A DNA stretch of 64,000 bases from Azolla caroliniana (lineage: Eukaryota; Plantae; Polypodiophyta): assembly GCA_043228905.1 (NCBI GenBank), contig JBHGNT010000022.1, positions 8,680,001 to 8,744,000 on the forward strand. Direction: 5' to 3'. Each line of letters opens with the position of its first letter. Positions within the stretch are counted from its first letter, which is position 1. The notes beneath the pieces were generated by a model, which searched no databases, was not told the origin of the DNA, and saw only the letters and a program-made list of their open reading frames with translations. A program made the position numbers and the translations under genes. Positions 47,169-59,536 of this stretch are shown here, piece by piece.

Positions 47169-50100
47169 TGTTAGATATAATCAATGACCAGACCCAAGTT
47201 GTAAATCTATCCCCATATGTGCTCTTAGAGTGCACATTTTGTGATAGCTCCCCAAATGAGGAGCGGCTAGTGTGCAACTTGACCATATGGGTCGATAAGG
47301 TGTTAATCTAGGAAACCGCAGATGCGTAGGACACAATGTATTTAGGAAAGAGAGAAATAGGTAATAGGATTGGCTAATCAAGTCAACTAGAATATTTTGT
47401 GGGCAAGTTACGACGTACTTAGTCTTGAAGTATGCGTCATTGACTTCAAGATAAGTACTATCTAGCACTAGCTTGTACCTAGGGAGTTGGTCATATTAAA
47501 TGACAAGTCAGTTGACAGAAAAGGAATATCTCCACTACTATCAACTGACTTGCACATTTAATGTTATACTTAGACCAAACATAGAAAGCAATCCACTTTC
47601 TTTTCGCAGTGGTTGGCTTGATCATCAATCCCCACTAATTTTGTAGTGAGCTGGTCCATATCCTATCTAAGCTCTAAGGTGTGAGCGCATGGGTAAACTA
47701 CCATTGTGAGCTACTCTCATATGTAATAGAAGTTTTGTTTTCATATATCCATCTCTGTAATTGTAACTCTATATACCTATCTAATCGATTCTCAATATTT
47801 CTATCATGGTATCAAAGTTGAGAGGTTGATCTAGATTAGGTATATATGGGCAGTTGCTATCTGGTAGCATAGAGAGAGAGAGAGAGAGAGTATCAATGGC
47901 CTTGTCCACGAGTGTTGTACCTGCTCCACTACGCATTCGCCCACCATTGTCTGATGGAAAGCTAGATGGAACCAACTACACTCTATGGAAGTTCAAAATG
48001 TCTGCCATTTTGGACTCCTACAAGTTGTTGGAGACAATCATGGGACCCACAGGAGGAGACCCTAAGCCCATGACGACCTTTGACCCTGCACACCCTACCA
48101 CATCAATCCCTCCAAATGTTGATCTACTTCGAGCCTGGAAGAGAAGGAATGATGATGTGTTGTGTACCATAGTCACTAGTGTATGTGACTCTGTACTAAC
48201 ATTAGTGCAACATACAACCAAGGCACATGAAGCTTGGAGCATATTGACCAACCTATACAAGGATACAAAACCTTGAAAATCAGCTTGCTGCAGAGAAGCT
48301 CGCCGATGGAGAGAAAGTAGAATCCTTTGTAAAAAGGATTAAGGATCTTCAAGATCAGCTAGCGGTTGTTGGAGTAGTCGTCCCTCAAGAGGATATGGCT
48401 CGTCGGTGCATTCGAGTACTTTCAAGTATGATGGCATTGTGACAACATTGAACACTCAGGTTTGACCCACTCTTTTAAATTTTGATGAACTAAGTGCGAT
48501 GCTGCTTGAAGAGGAGCTTCGGCTGAAGACAAGAGAAGGAAGGGAAGATTCGGCATTTGTCTCTAAGACTAAGGGTAAAGGGGCATCCAATTCAAACAAT
48601 GCGAATAGGATACCAAAGAAGAAGTTCAATGGATCGTGTTTCTATTGTGACAAGAAGGGTCACACAATCAAGGATTGTCAGAAGAAGATGGCGGACGAGA
48701 AGAATGGTTCTAGTAAGACCTCTTGGAGAGAGCCTGAGTCCGCCAACAACATCATAGATGAACTTGAGTTATGGGTCGCAACTAAAGAAGTGTGTTCTTC
48801 AGTTGACACCTAAGTTGTCGACGACACTTGGATTCGCGATAGTGGAGCATCCCGACATATGACCAGTAATTGTGACTGGTACAGCTCTTGGACACCTCTA
48901 CAAGAACCCATCAATGTTGTGGTCGGGAACAATGCTCGATGTCCAGTCAAAGGAACTGGAACCGTCTCCCTCAAAGCAACGATCGGCGGGACAAAGCATC
49001 TCTCTCAAGTGTTGTGCGTGCCAGATCTCAAGAAGAATCTATTTTCCATTTCTGCACTGATTTACAAGGGTCTTGATGTTCGATTCAAGAAGTTGGGTGC
49101 AGAAATAACAGATTATGTTGGCAAGGTTGTAGGAATAGGGGTAAGGCGCAACAATCTCTATGAGCTTAGCACACTTACCATTTCTACTGACCACAGCACA
49201 AGTACTAACACAAATCAATGGCATGAGAGATTTGGGCATCTCAATGTTGTTGTATTGAAGGAGATGAAGAAGTCGAATATGGTAGCTGGGTTGCCAACCC
49301 TATCTTACTTAAGTCATGTTTGTGATGCTTGTATGATGGGCAAGCATCAAAGCTCAGCTATTCCAAAAGAGAGTCAAAATCGGACAAAGACTCCTCTACA
49401 GCTAATACACATCGACCTCTCTGGAAAAATGGTGACTCCTGCAATGGGTGGATCTCTCTACTATATGTTGTTGGACGACGACTTCAATAGAAAGATGTGG
49501 GTTTACTTCCTTCGGGAGAAGGCTGAAGCTTTTAAAATCTTCAAAAGATGGCATAAGTTTGTTGAGCGAGAGTCCGGAAAGTTAGTGAAAGAGTTATGCT
49601 CTGATCAAGGTGGAGAATTCTTATCAATAGAATTCTGTGAGTATTGCAAAGAGCATGGAATTAAGCGCCAACTTACAACTACCTACACCCCACAACAAAA
49701 TGGTGTTGTTGAACGTCGAAACCGAAGGCACAAGCATTGCCTGACCCATTCTGGGCTGAAGCAGTGAATACAGCAGTTTACATCCTCAATCGGAGCTAAA
49801 GGAAGGCACTTCAAGGGAAACACCCCACGAAGCTTATTCGGGCAAGAAACCTTCAGTGCGCACTTCCGAACCTATGGGTGTACGTGCTACACACATGTTC
49901 CAGATGTGAGCAGAAAGAAGTTGGATGCTAAAAGCGAGAAGTGTATCTTTCTCGGATATAGTGAAGAGTCAAAGGCCTATCGACTCTACGATCCAGAGGC
50001 AAGAAAGATATTGACAAGCCGCAATGAGGTGTTTGATGAAGAACAACCACAGCTATCTGAGAACAATGATTCTCAGGTTATCTCATCAACTGAAGAGGTA

Positions 50101-52516
50101 TTTTACCCAATCCCGACACATTGTCCAGAAAAGGAAGCTGAACCATCTGATGGTAATGGATCACTAGTTTAGCCTATGCCAGTCCGACATGTAAAGAAAA
50201 TACTTAAGTGGGCTCAACAACTCTTCAATGACCGTACTCCTAAAGTTGAGTTTCCTGAAACTTCAACTGATGGATTATGAAGATCAAGAAGAATACAGGA
50301 GCAAGGGAGAACCTCTGACCACATTGTCAACATGGCTTTGATGGTGGACATCATCGGCTCAGTGAGTGAGCTGACCTCGGTGGAGGAAGCGATGGCCAAC
50401 CCGAAGTGGAAAGAGGCGGTGATATCAAAATATGATAGCATCATGAAAAATGACACATGCGAGTTGGTAGAGAGGCCAACAAAGACGAAGGTGATAGGCA
50501 CGAAGTGGGTGTGGAAAGTAAAGTATAAATCTGATGGTTCTTTGGATAAATTCAAGGCCAAGCTAGTAGCCCAAGGATACTCCCAAATTGAAGGGTTCGA
50601 TGTACAAGAAACATTTGCCCCGACAGCTCGCATGACAACAATTCGAATGGTCATAGCGTTGGCGGCTTCAAGAGGATGGCCAATTTACCAAATGGATGTC
50701 AAATCGACATTTCTGAATGGGCATCTCAAGGAGGAGGTATATGTGACGCAACCACCGGGGTTTGAGATGCCGAATTCAGAAAACAAAGTATGCAAGCTGA
50801 AGAAGGTGTTGTATGGTCTAAAGCAAGCACCAAGAGCTTGGAACAAGAGGATAGACAGCTTCTTACGATCAATCGACTTTAAGCAATGTGCTTCGGATGC
50901 AAGTATGTATGTCCAAATGAAGGACGGGAAACAAGTCATCATCATCATTTACGTGGATGATCTAGTTCTTACTGGTGACCATGAAGAGTGCATTGGCCAA
51001 ACACAAGAGTGTTTGAAAACTGAGTTTGAAATGACAAACTTGGGGATTCTACACCACTTCCTTGGAATTGAGGTTTGGCAAACTTCAGTTGGCATCTTCA
51101 TGTCACAAAGAAAGTATGCAACAGAGATCTTGAAGACCTTTGGGATGATGGACAGCAAGTCGAAGTCAACTCCAATGGAGTCAAACTGCAAACTATCCCA
51201 AGAAGACCCATCACCAATGGTTGACATAAGGAAGTATAGACAACTAGTAAGAAGTCTAATTTTCATATGCAACACTAGGCTGGATATTTGTTTCGCAGTC
51301 AGTGTGGTCAGTCGATTCAGCAACAAGCCGAAGGAGACTCATTGGAAAGTTGCCCTTCGTGTATTAAAGTACATTGTGGGTACTTTAAATTATGAAATCT
51401 TCTGCAAGCCAACAATTGACGAACTTAGTGGGTATTGCGACTTCGACTGGGCTGGAGATAGTGATTCCAGAAAATCAGTTTCTAGATATTGTTTTTCAGT
51501 AGGTTCTGGAGCTGTTTCATGGAGTAGTAAAAAACAACCAATAGTGGCACTATCTTCAACGGAGGCAGAATACAAAGCAGCATGCATAGCAGCATGCAAG
51601 GTAGTTTGGCTAAGAAGAATCCTTACGGATGTGGCATTTCCAATAAGGACGACAACGGTATTGAGGTGTGACAATCAGAGTTGCATGGCCATTGCCAAGA
51701 ACCTCGTATTTCATGCATGTACTAAACACATAGAGATTCAATATCACTATGTGCAACAGTTAATAAATTATGAGAATGTGGAGCTTGAGTATTGTTCGAC
51801 ATCAGAAAATGTTGCGGATATATTCACAAAGGCGCTTGGAGCAGAACAGTTACAACAACACCTTCGACGACTAGGAGTTGGCCCAATTCCAAGTGAACTC
51901 AATGGGTTGATTATTGAGGGGGAGTGTTAGATATATCGATGACCAGCCCGAAGTTGTAAATCTAAATGAGGAGCGGCTAGTGTGCAACTCGACCATATGG
52001 GTCGATAAGGTGTTAATCTAGGAAATCGTAGATGCATAGGACACAATGTATTTAGGAAAGAGAGAAATAGGTAATAGGATTGGCTAATCAAGTCAACTAG
52101 AATATTTTGTGGGCAAGTTACGATGTACTTAGTCTTGAAGTATGCGTCATTGACTTCAAGCTAAGTACTATCTAGCACTAGTCTATACCTAAGGAGTTGG
52201 TCATATTAAATGACAAGTCAGTTGACAGAAAAGGAATATCTCCACTACTATCAACTGACTTGCACATTTAATGTTATACTTAGACCAAACATAGAAAGCA
52301 ATCCACTTTCTTTTCGCAATGGTTGGCTTGATCATTAGTCCCCACTAATTTTGTAGTGAGCTGGTCCATATCCTATCTAAGCTCTAAGGTGTGAGCGCAT
52401 GGGTAAACTACCATTGTGAGCTACTCTCATATGTAATGGAAGTTTTGTTTTCATATATCCATCTCTGTAATCGTAACTCTATATACCTATCTAATCGATT
52501 CTCAATATTTCTAACA
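47169..52516 (+). mobile_element. Full-length Ty1/Copia element O (pseudogenised)
   Basis: LTRs 47169-47806 and 51925-52516 (3' copy has a ~46-bp deletion); TSD TGAAC; PBS TGGTATCAAAG; PPT GAGGGGGAG. Confidence 0.94.
47896..51930 (+). pseudogene. gag-pol: Copia gag-pol of O (Gag, PR, INT, RT, RNaseH) with stops and frameshifts
   Basis: KLDGTNYTLW, CFYCDKKGHTIKDC, DSGAS, WHERFGH, TPQQNGVVER, YVDD, SSTEAEY, ADIFTK. Confidence 0.92.
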
Positions 52517-52978
52517 TGAACTTCATCATCATCATCTATTAATCTAGAACACTTAAAGTATTCAATAATATTTTGTATTTTATTATTATCTACTTTTAAC
52601 ATAAAAGTAGCACCTGTTATGAATAGATACATTTTGGCCCTACAAGGATTCAAGCCCATGACATCTTGGTCTATATGTTAGACCTCTAACCATTATAATA
52701 GCATATATGATGTATAGTTATAATAAATGTATTATTAGTTATTACAAGATATTTAAAGTATTCTAGAATATTCTAGGACATTCTAGGATATTCCATGATT
52801 ATATTAAATATCATAAATATCTAAAATATTCTAGAACATTATAGAATACTCCATAAGGACCTATAAATAGGTGTATATTCATTCATCACAACTCATTCGA
52901 TTCCACACCGGTCTTTAGCCCTTAGCCTACTCTTTGTAACCTTGTTTCCTAATAATATAATCTCATTTCCATTTCTTG

Positions 52979-53025
<47 letters not shown>

Positions 53026-53132
53026 CACAAGTCTCGACAGTTTGAACCGAATATTCTTTTCTTCTTCTCCAATTTCTTCTTCTTCTTCTCTTAAACTTAT
53101 TTAAGCAAATCTAGCAAATCTCTCTCGTAACT

Positions 53133-56100
53133 ATGGAGTCCGTTAGCAAGCAAGAATATATGCATGTTCGCCCCGAACTCGAATGCTAACAACCAAATTC
53201 ATGGCCCTAGAGCAAGAAAATCAAAGATTGCTAGGTGACCTACAACAAGTGCTGAGAAGGTACAACAATTTGAAGAGTTATCTCAACGGGTGCATCAATA
53301 GGAGGCTACTTTATTGCAACGACAAGTGGTGGAAGTTCAAACTTCACCAAAAGAACCAAAGATTAGTCTACCAGCCAAGTTTGATGGTACCCAACTGATG
53401 TTGCTCACGTGGGACTAGTTGGTACCTTGTTAACGGGTACCGCATTAACATGGCTTGCACCACTCCTAGAGAAGCACTCACCATTATTAGAAGATTTTGA
53501 AGGGATAATGAGTTCCAAGCCAACTTTGGAGACACCGATAGTATGAGGACCGCAATAAACAAAATTCAGCGATTACGACAAGGAGATCGTCCTACTTCCG
53601 CTTATGCTGTAGATTTTTGCCTTCTAGCATGTGATATTCCATGGGACGAGGCGGCGTTAATGGACCAATTTCGTCAAGGTCTACGCAATGATGTGAAGGA
53701 TTTACTTCTTACCTTCCATGATGATCCATAATCTTTTACTGAAGCAGTAAGCCGAACCGTGCGATGTGACAATCGCTTATTTGAGCGGCGTTTTGAGCGC
53801 CAACAAATGTTACACTTCCGACCAATAGAAACATATGCTTCAATGATCGCAACTCCACCCCAAGTATGAAAGTCAAGTTTGGTGGAAGGCCCTACTCCAA
53901 TGGAAATCGAGACAACACAACGTCGAGGACCATTATCGGATGTTGAAAAGCAACGATGGGGAGTGAATCGTCTATGCCTCTATTGTGGTGGTCTAGGGCA
54001 TATTGTTGTGAATTGTCCACATAAACCACAACGACAAGTTAACCAAGTAAGTGCTCATGACAATCCCATCTCAATTTTTGCCCCGCCTTCTCGTAACCCA
54101 AGTAAGCCTTGTAGTCCCTGTCATAAAAATACATTTGATGTCTTGAGCCAATTAGATTATGTGTTAAACAAGTAAGTTCGGCCAAAATCAGAATCATTTG
54201 GTTGGACAACCCTAGGCATATAACGTCCATCCCTAGTTGTGGTTCCATTTCATCCGGTCAAGTTAGTCGAGTTTTCTTTGCACAAGTTGAGCTTAACACA
54301 TCTAGGTGCCATCGAATCCCAGCTTCTGCCCTCTTAGACTCTAGAGCCAACTCTTGTTTCATGGATCGTGAGTTTGCTGTAATGCATAATATTCATTTGC
54401 ATTAGCTCCCAAGCCCAGTGTCTGTTAGAGTCATTGATATAGTTGAAGAGTCTGAACCAATTCGTGTAGTCCTAGGCAATTTGGCTAGCGTCATCTCATT
54501 CAACATCATTAGTAGTCCAGAGCACTCCCTAGTTCTTGGTCTTCCATGGTTTGAGCTACATAACCCAACTATTGATTGGAGAAAAAGAACCATTGAAGAG
54601 GTCACAATACATCTGAGTCTCTTGAAACTCCAACAAAGGATACAACATTCCAAAAGATTTCGACAATCTCTATACATCAGCTACGTGATGAAGGACAGAA
54701 GGAAGACATGTTGGTGTTCGCAGTTTTAGCAACTCCCACATCGAGCTCACAAGAATTGGGGGTCCAACTACTGAAGAAATATTTAGAATTCTCTGATGTG
54801 TTTGATAAGGTGAAGGCCAATAGACTACCAGAGCATCGACCATATGATTGCCCGATTGATTTGCAGCCCGGAAAAGAGCCTCCATGGGGGCCAATTTATA
54901 ACCTTTCGCCCACAGAGCTAGAGGTTCCTCGGGAATATATCGATGAGAACTTGGTGAATGGGTTTATCCAGCATTCAAAATCTCCTACCAGCGCACCCAT
55001 ATTTTTGGTTAAGAAGAAAGATGGTTCGCTTCATCTGGTTGTGGATTATCGAGGATTAAATAAAGTAACTATTCGAAACCGATATGCTCTACCATTGATT
55101 TCGAGCCTTCTGGAACGCCTCAGTGGAGCTAAGTATTTCACAAAGTTAGATCTTCGAGGTGCTTACAACCTTGTTCGAATTCTTCCTGGGGATGAATGGA
55201 AGACTGCTTTCCGTACTCGCTATGGCCATTTTGAGTATATAGTGATGTCATTTGGTCTCACAAATGCACTAGCAGTTTTCCAACATATGGCGAATGATAT
55301 TTTTCGAGATTTCCTCGATATTTTCGTCATAGTTTACCTGGATGATATCTTGATCTACGCAAAAACTCAAGAGGATCATGATATACATGTTCGACAAGCT
55401 TTGCAACGGTTGCGTGATTATAGTCTCTATGCAAAATTGGAGAAGTGTAGTTTCGACTAGCGTTAAGTGGAATTTTTGGGGTACATAGTCTCTTCACATG
55501 GCATCTCTATGGATCCAACAAAGGTTCAAACTGTTTTGGATTGGCAAACACCACAGTCTGTGCGAGATGTACAATGTTTTTTGGGGTTCGCAAACTTTTA
55601 TCGCAAGTTCATCAAAGATTATTCAAAGATCGTATTGCCCCTCACTCAACTAACACAAAAGAATCAACCATTTGTGTGGAGTATAAATGCAAACTCTACA
55701 TTTGAAGGATTAAAGCAAGCATTTACATCCACACCAAATTTGATGCATGTTGATCCATTGAAGCGCTTTATACTCGAAGTGGATGCATCCGACTTCGCAC
55801 TAGGAAGCGTATTATCCCAGATTAGCAATGATGGCCAACTACACCCTGTGGTGTTTCATTCATGGAAATTCGAAGCTGCAGAAATCAACTATGAGATTCA
55901 CGACAAAGAGCTTCTTGCCATTGTGGATTCTTTTCAACAATGGCGTCATTTTTTGGAGGGTTCGTCTCAATAAATCATTGTCTATAATGATCACAAAAAT
56001 CTAACGTATTTCCAAAGTGCTCGAGTCTTGAGTCGTCGACAAGCTTGTTGGGCGAAGTTTTTAACTCGTTTTGATTTCGTAAATGTATATCGCCATGGGA

Positions 56101-57777
56101 CGCAACAAGGAAAAGCAGATGCTTTATCATGGCGTTCGTATATGGAACTTCAACCAGGAGAGGCCGCATTTGAAAGTTAGAAGAAAATCCTCTTGGGTCT
56201 TGACCGTCTACGGCTAATGGCATTTCATGCTATAGACACACCCGTGGATTCAAGTCTTCTGGACTCCATTTGGCAGCATACTGAGACTGATGAATTCACC
56301 CAAGACATTCTGAACCATATTATACCAGATCGTGCTTCTTGTTCACAATCTCAAAATCCTCGTCAAGACTACAACCAATTCAGTTAGCATGATGGTTTAC
56401 ATTTTTTACAAAACCTCTTATATGTGCCTGATGGTCCTCGTTGACTCCAAGTCTTGCAACAATGTCATGACACACCAATGACTGGACATTTCGGCATCCA
56501 CAAAACTTTGGTGTTAATTTCTCGAAGGTATTGGTGGCCACGACTCCGCCATTTTGTTACTGATTATGTTCGTAGTTGTGATACATGTTGTCGATCCAAA
56601 AAACCTTGACATCATCCATATGGCGTATTACAGCCAATGCCTATTCCTAAGAGTCCATGGAAATCTATTTCATTGGACTTCATTACGGATCTACCACCTT
56701 CCAAGGGTTTTGATTCTATTCTCACGGTAGTAGATCGTTTTACCAAGATGGCACATTTTCTTCCCTGCACAAAGGCCATTACGAGCCAAGAGATAGCCGA
56801 GTTACTCATGCGAGAGGTGTTTCGGCATCATGGTCTTCCCGATGATATTATCAGTGATCGGGGTCCCCCGTTCATCTCAAAATTTTGGCGGCACATGTTC
56901 AAACTCTTACATACTTCTTGCAAACTCTCTTCCGGCTACCATCCAGAAACTAACGGGCAGAGTGAGCGCACCAACCAAACACTCGAACAATATCTTCGTT
57001 GTTTTGTCAACTATCAACAAGATTATTGGGTTGATCTATTACATTTGGCGGAATTTTCTTACAACAACTCAGAACATTGTTCCACTGGATATTCCCCATT
57101 TTTCGCAAACATTGGGTACCATCCTCATTGGACTATGCTTGAACATCTCGAACTCTCGACAAACTCGGCTGCTGAAGATCGGTTCACCTGACTCCAAGAA
57201 GTTCAAGATATCCTTTTGCACCATTTATATGATGCTCAAAACACTCAAAAGAAGGTTGTCGACCATCATCGACGTGATTCATCGACTACAGTGGGAGATC
57301 GAATATGGCTTTTACAAGGTCGCATTAAAACAACCCAACCTTGCTACAAATTGGATTATCAACGTTTTGGCCCATATGTGATATCTGGTAAGATCAATGA
57401 TGTGGCATTTCACCTTGATCTCTCCCCCTCATATGCATCTCCACCCAGTCTTCCATGTTTCACTTTTGGAGCCCTACACAACTAGCTCTATTCTAGGTTA
57501 TCTTACATGTCCCCCACCTCCAATCGAAGTTTCGGATGGCTCCGAATATGAAGTTGTTGCCATTTTCGACTCCAAGATTGTTCGCAACAAACTGTATTAT
57601 TTGGTTGACTGGTTAGGTTATACACCTAATGATCGAACATTGGAACCTCTCGAGAATCTTGCTAATGCCTCCGAAATGGTTGCTGCGTTTCACAACAAAT
57701 ATCCGCATAAGCCAAGTCCGAAATCTTGTCTTCTGACTCATGGAACTCGTCGTCGAAAAGGGGGGATAATTTCATGA
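53133..57777 (+). pseudogene. gag-pol: gag and pol (PR-RT-RH-INT-chromodomain) of Q
   Basis: PTPMEI, CLYCGGLGH, LLDSRAN, YLDD, EVDASDFA, DFITDLP, chromodomain EYEVVAIFDS...YYLVDWLGY; many stops. Confidence 0.9.
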
Positions 57778-57964
57778 AGACATACATTTTGGCCTTACAA
57801 GGATTCGAGCCCACGACCTCTTGGTCTATATGTTAGACCTTTAATCATTATAATAACATATATGTTGTATAGTTATAATAAATATATTATTAGTTATTAC
57901 AAGATATTTAAAGTATTCTAGAACATTCTTGGATATTCCATGATTATATTAAATATCTAAAATA

Positions 57965-57982
57965 TTCTAGAACATTCTAGAA
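57965..57982. promoter_or_regulatory. Heat-shock element in the LTR of Q (further copies at 57916-57928 and 52761-52773)
   Basis: TTCtaGAAcaTTCtaGAA, 15 bp upstream of TATAAA at 57998. Confidence 0.6.
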
Positions 57983-58114
57983 TACTCCATAAGGACCTAT
58001 AAATAGGTGTCTATTCATTCATCACAACTCATTCGGTTCAACACCAATCTTTAGCCCTTAGCCTACTTTTTGTAACCTTGTTTCCTCATAATATAATTTC
58101 ATTTCCATTTCTTG

Positions 58115-58174
<60 letters not shown>

Positions 58175-58470
58175 CTCACAAGTCTTGACAACACCACCAA
58201 ATGAGATTGTACAAGGAATATCTTTATTTACATTATTATTTATGGGGTTTTCTTTTATGGCTGGGCTATCACAACCCCTACCTGTAAAAGCCCTATCTAA
58301 AAATCATGGGAAAACTCTTCATCCATCTCTTGAATTGGATGTTCCTTCAAGCATTCTTTGTTTCTTTCATGGGTTGGGCCTCACAGTTAAGAATTGGACA
58401 ATCTTTCTTCCATCTTGACTCGTGATCCTTGCAAAAGTCGAACCATCATCAATCACCTTTGTTTCCATCC

Positions 58471-59536
58471 TTAGTACGGTGATGTGTGGTTGACCAAGGA
58501 TGACGGGGTAGGTTGTGTTATCGATAGAGAAAACGACATGAGCAGGAGGAAAATGACAAAGAAAATGACTCTCATGCCAACATAGAGAAGAAAGATAGGA
58601 GGGTCAGAAGACAGAGAGTAGCAAAAGTGCACGAAAAGGACACGGGAAGAGAGCCAAACGCAAAGAAGAAAAAGAGAACAAAGAACAAAGAAGAAGAAAA
58701 AGAAGGGCATTATCAAGAATTTCAGAAGCTCGAGGGCAATGAAATAATTTCAAAAACTTGAAGGGCAAACAATCAAATTTCGAAAACAAGAGGGCACATG
58801 CCTAAATTTCATAAGGGCAATCAATAAAAAATTTTAAACGGAGGGGTACGACATAGAATTCTGGAAACTCACACCAATAAAGAAAAAATACGCATACACC
58901 CAAAATCATTTTAAACCTATGCGACTTTACGGCATTGGACGAGCCAATTGGTGTGTGATCCAATTGTGCGATATGCCGACCAAACGAGAAGGTTCATGTC
59001 AAGCCAGCTCCGATTGAAGTTATCGATCGTAGAGCAATGTTCCGGTCAAGGGATTTCTGACCGATGAGAGAAGAGAAGACTGATGGAGTTCCGGTCAACA
59101 CGTTTTTGGCATGGGCTTGTGGGTTCGACGTGCAATGCATTGTCCCACAAAGCATGCCAGGTGTTACCTGTATAGGTGTACGAGAGGGTTAATGTGTAAT
59201 GTATAAGGTGTAATGTGTAAACATGGAATAGAGAGAGAGAGAGAGAGTGTGTGTATGTGTGTGTACACATTTGGCTTTTTGTGTGCATGTGTACAAGAGT
59301 GGAGTAAGTAGGTGTAACTACCCCCATTCGGCTTTTTGTAATGTCTGATCAAACCTTAAAATATTTAAACCTGACCCATGGGCATGAAAGAAGGAAGGAA
59401 ATATAGTGAAGTTACCCTCAACTCGTGCCTGTCTCGATTTTCCCTCTCATTCTCTTTGTCTCTCTTTGTCTCCCTCTCTCCTCTTACATTCGAACCCCCT
59501 TGGGAGGGGGGTGGAGCCACCCCCCACCCATCAACA
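58471..59536 (-). mobile_element. Probable LTR (59162-59536) plus PBS-like site and leader of another Gypsy element, truncated
   Basis: TGTTG...TAACA ends on minus, interrupting a Copia integrase at LQSDN; followed by TGGCATGCTTTGTGGGAC, resembling a decayed Tat-type tRNA-Arg PBS. Confidence 0.5.

Larger units (their letters stand above)
52615..58190 (+). mobile_element. Full-length Tcn1/Tf1-like chromovirus Q (pseudogenised), related to C
   Basis: LTRs 52615-53039 and 57770-58190; TSD GCACC/ACACC; PBS GTTTGAACCGAAT; PPT AAAAGGGGGGA. Confidence 0.92.
45833..58470 (-). mobile_element. Old TGTCG-family-like Gypsy internal fragment N in pieces (45833-47168, 52517-52614, 58191-58470)
   Basis: METKVIDDGSTFARI...HDF* ORF1 end at 58297-58470; TKYKTVEKKV, EIGCVHPKIVEPM and RT motifs at 45833-47120; hosts O and Q. 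Confidence 0.78.
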
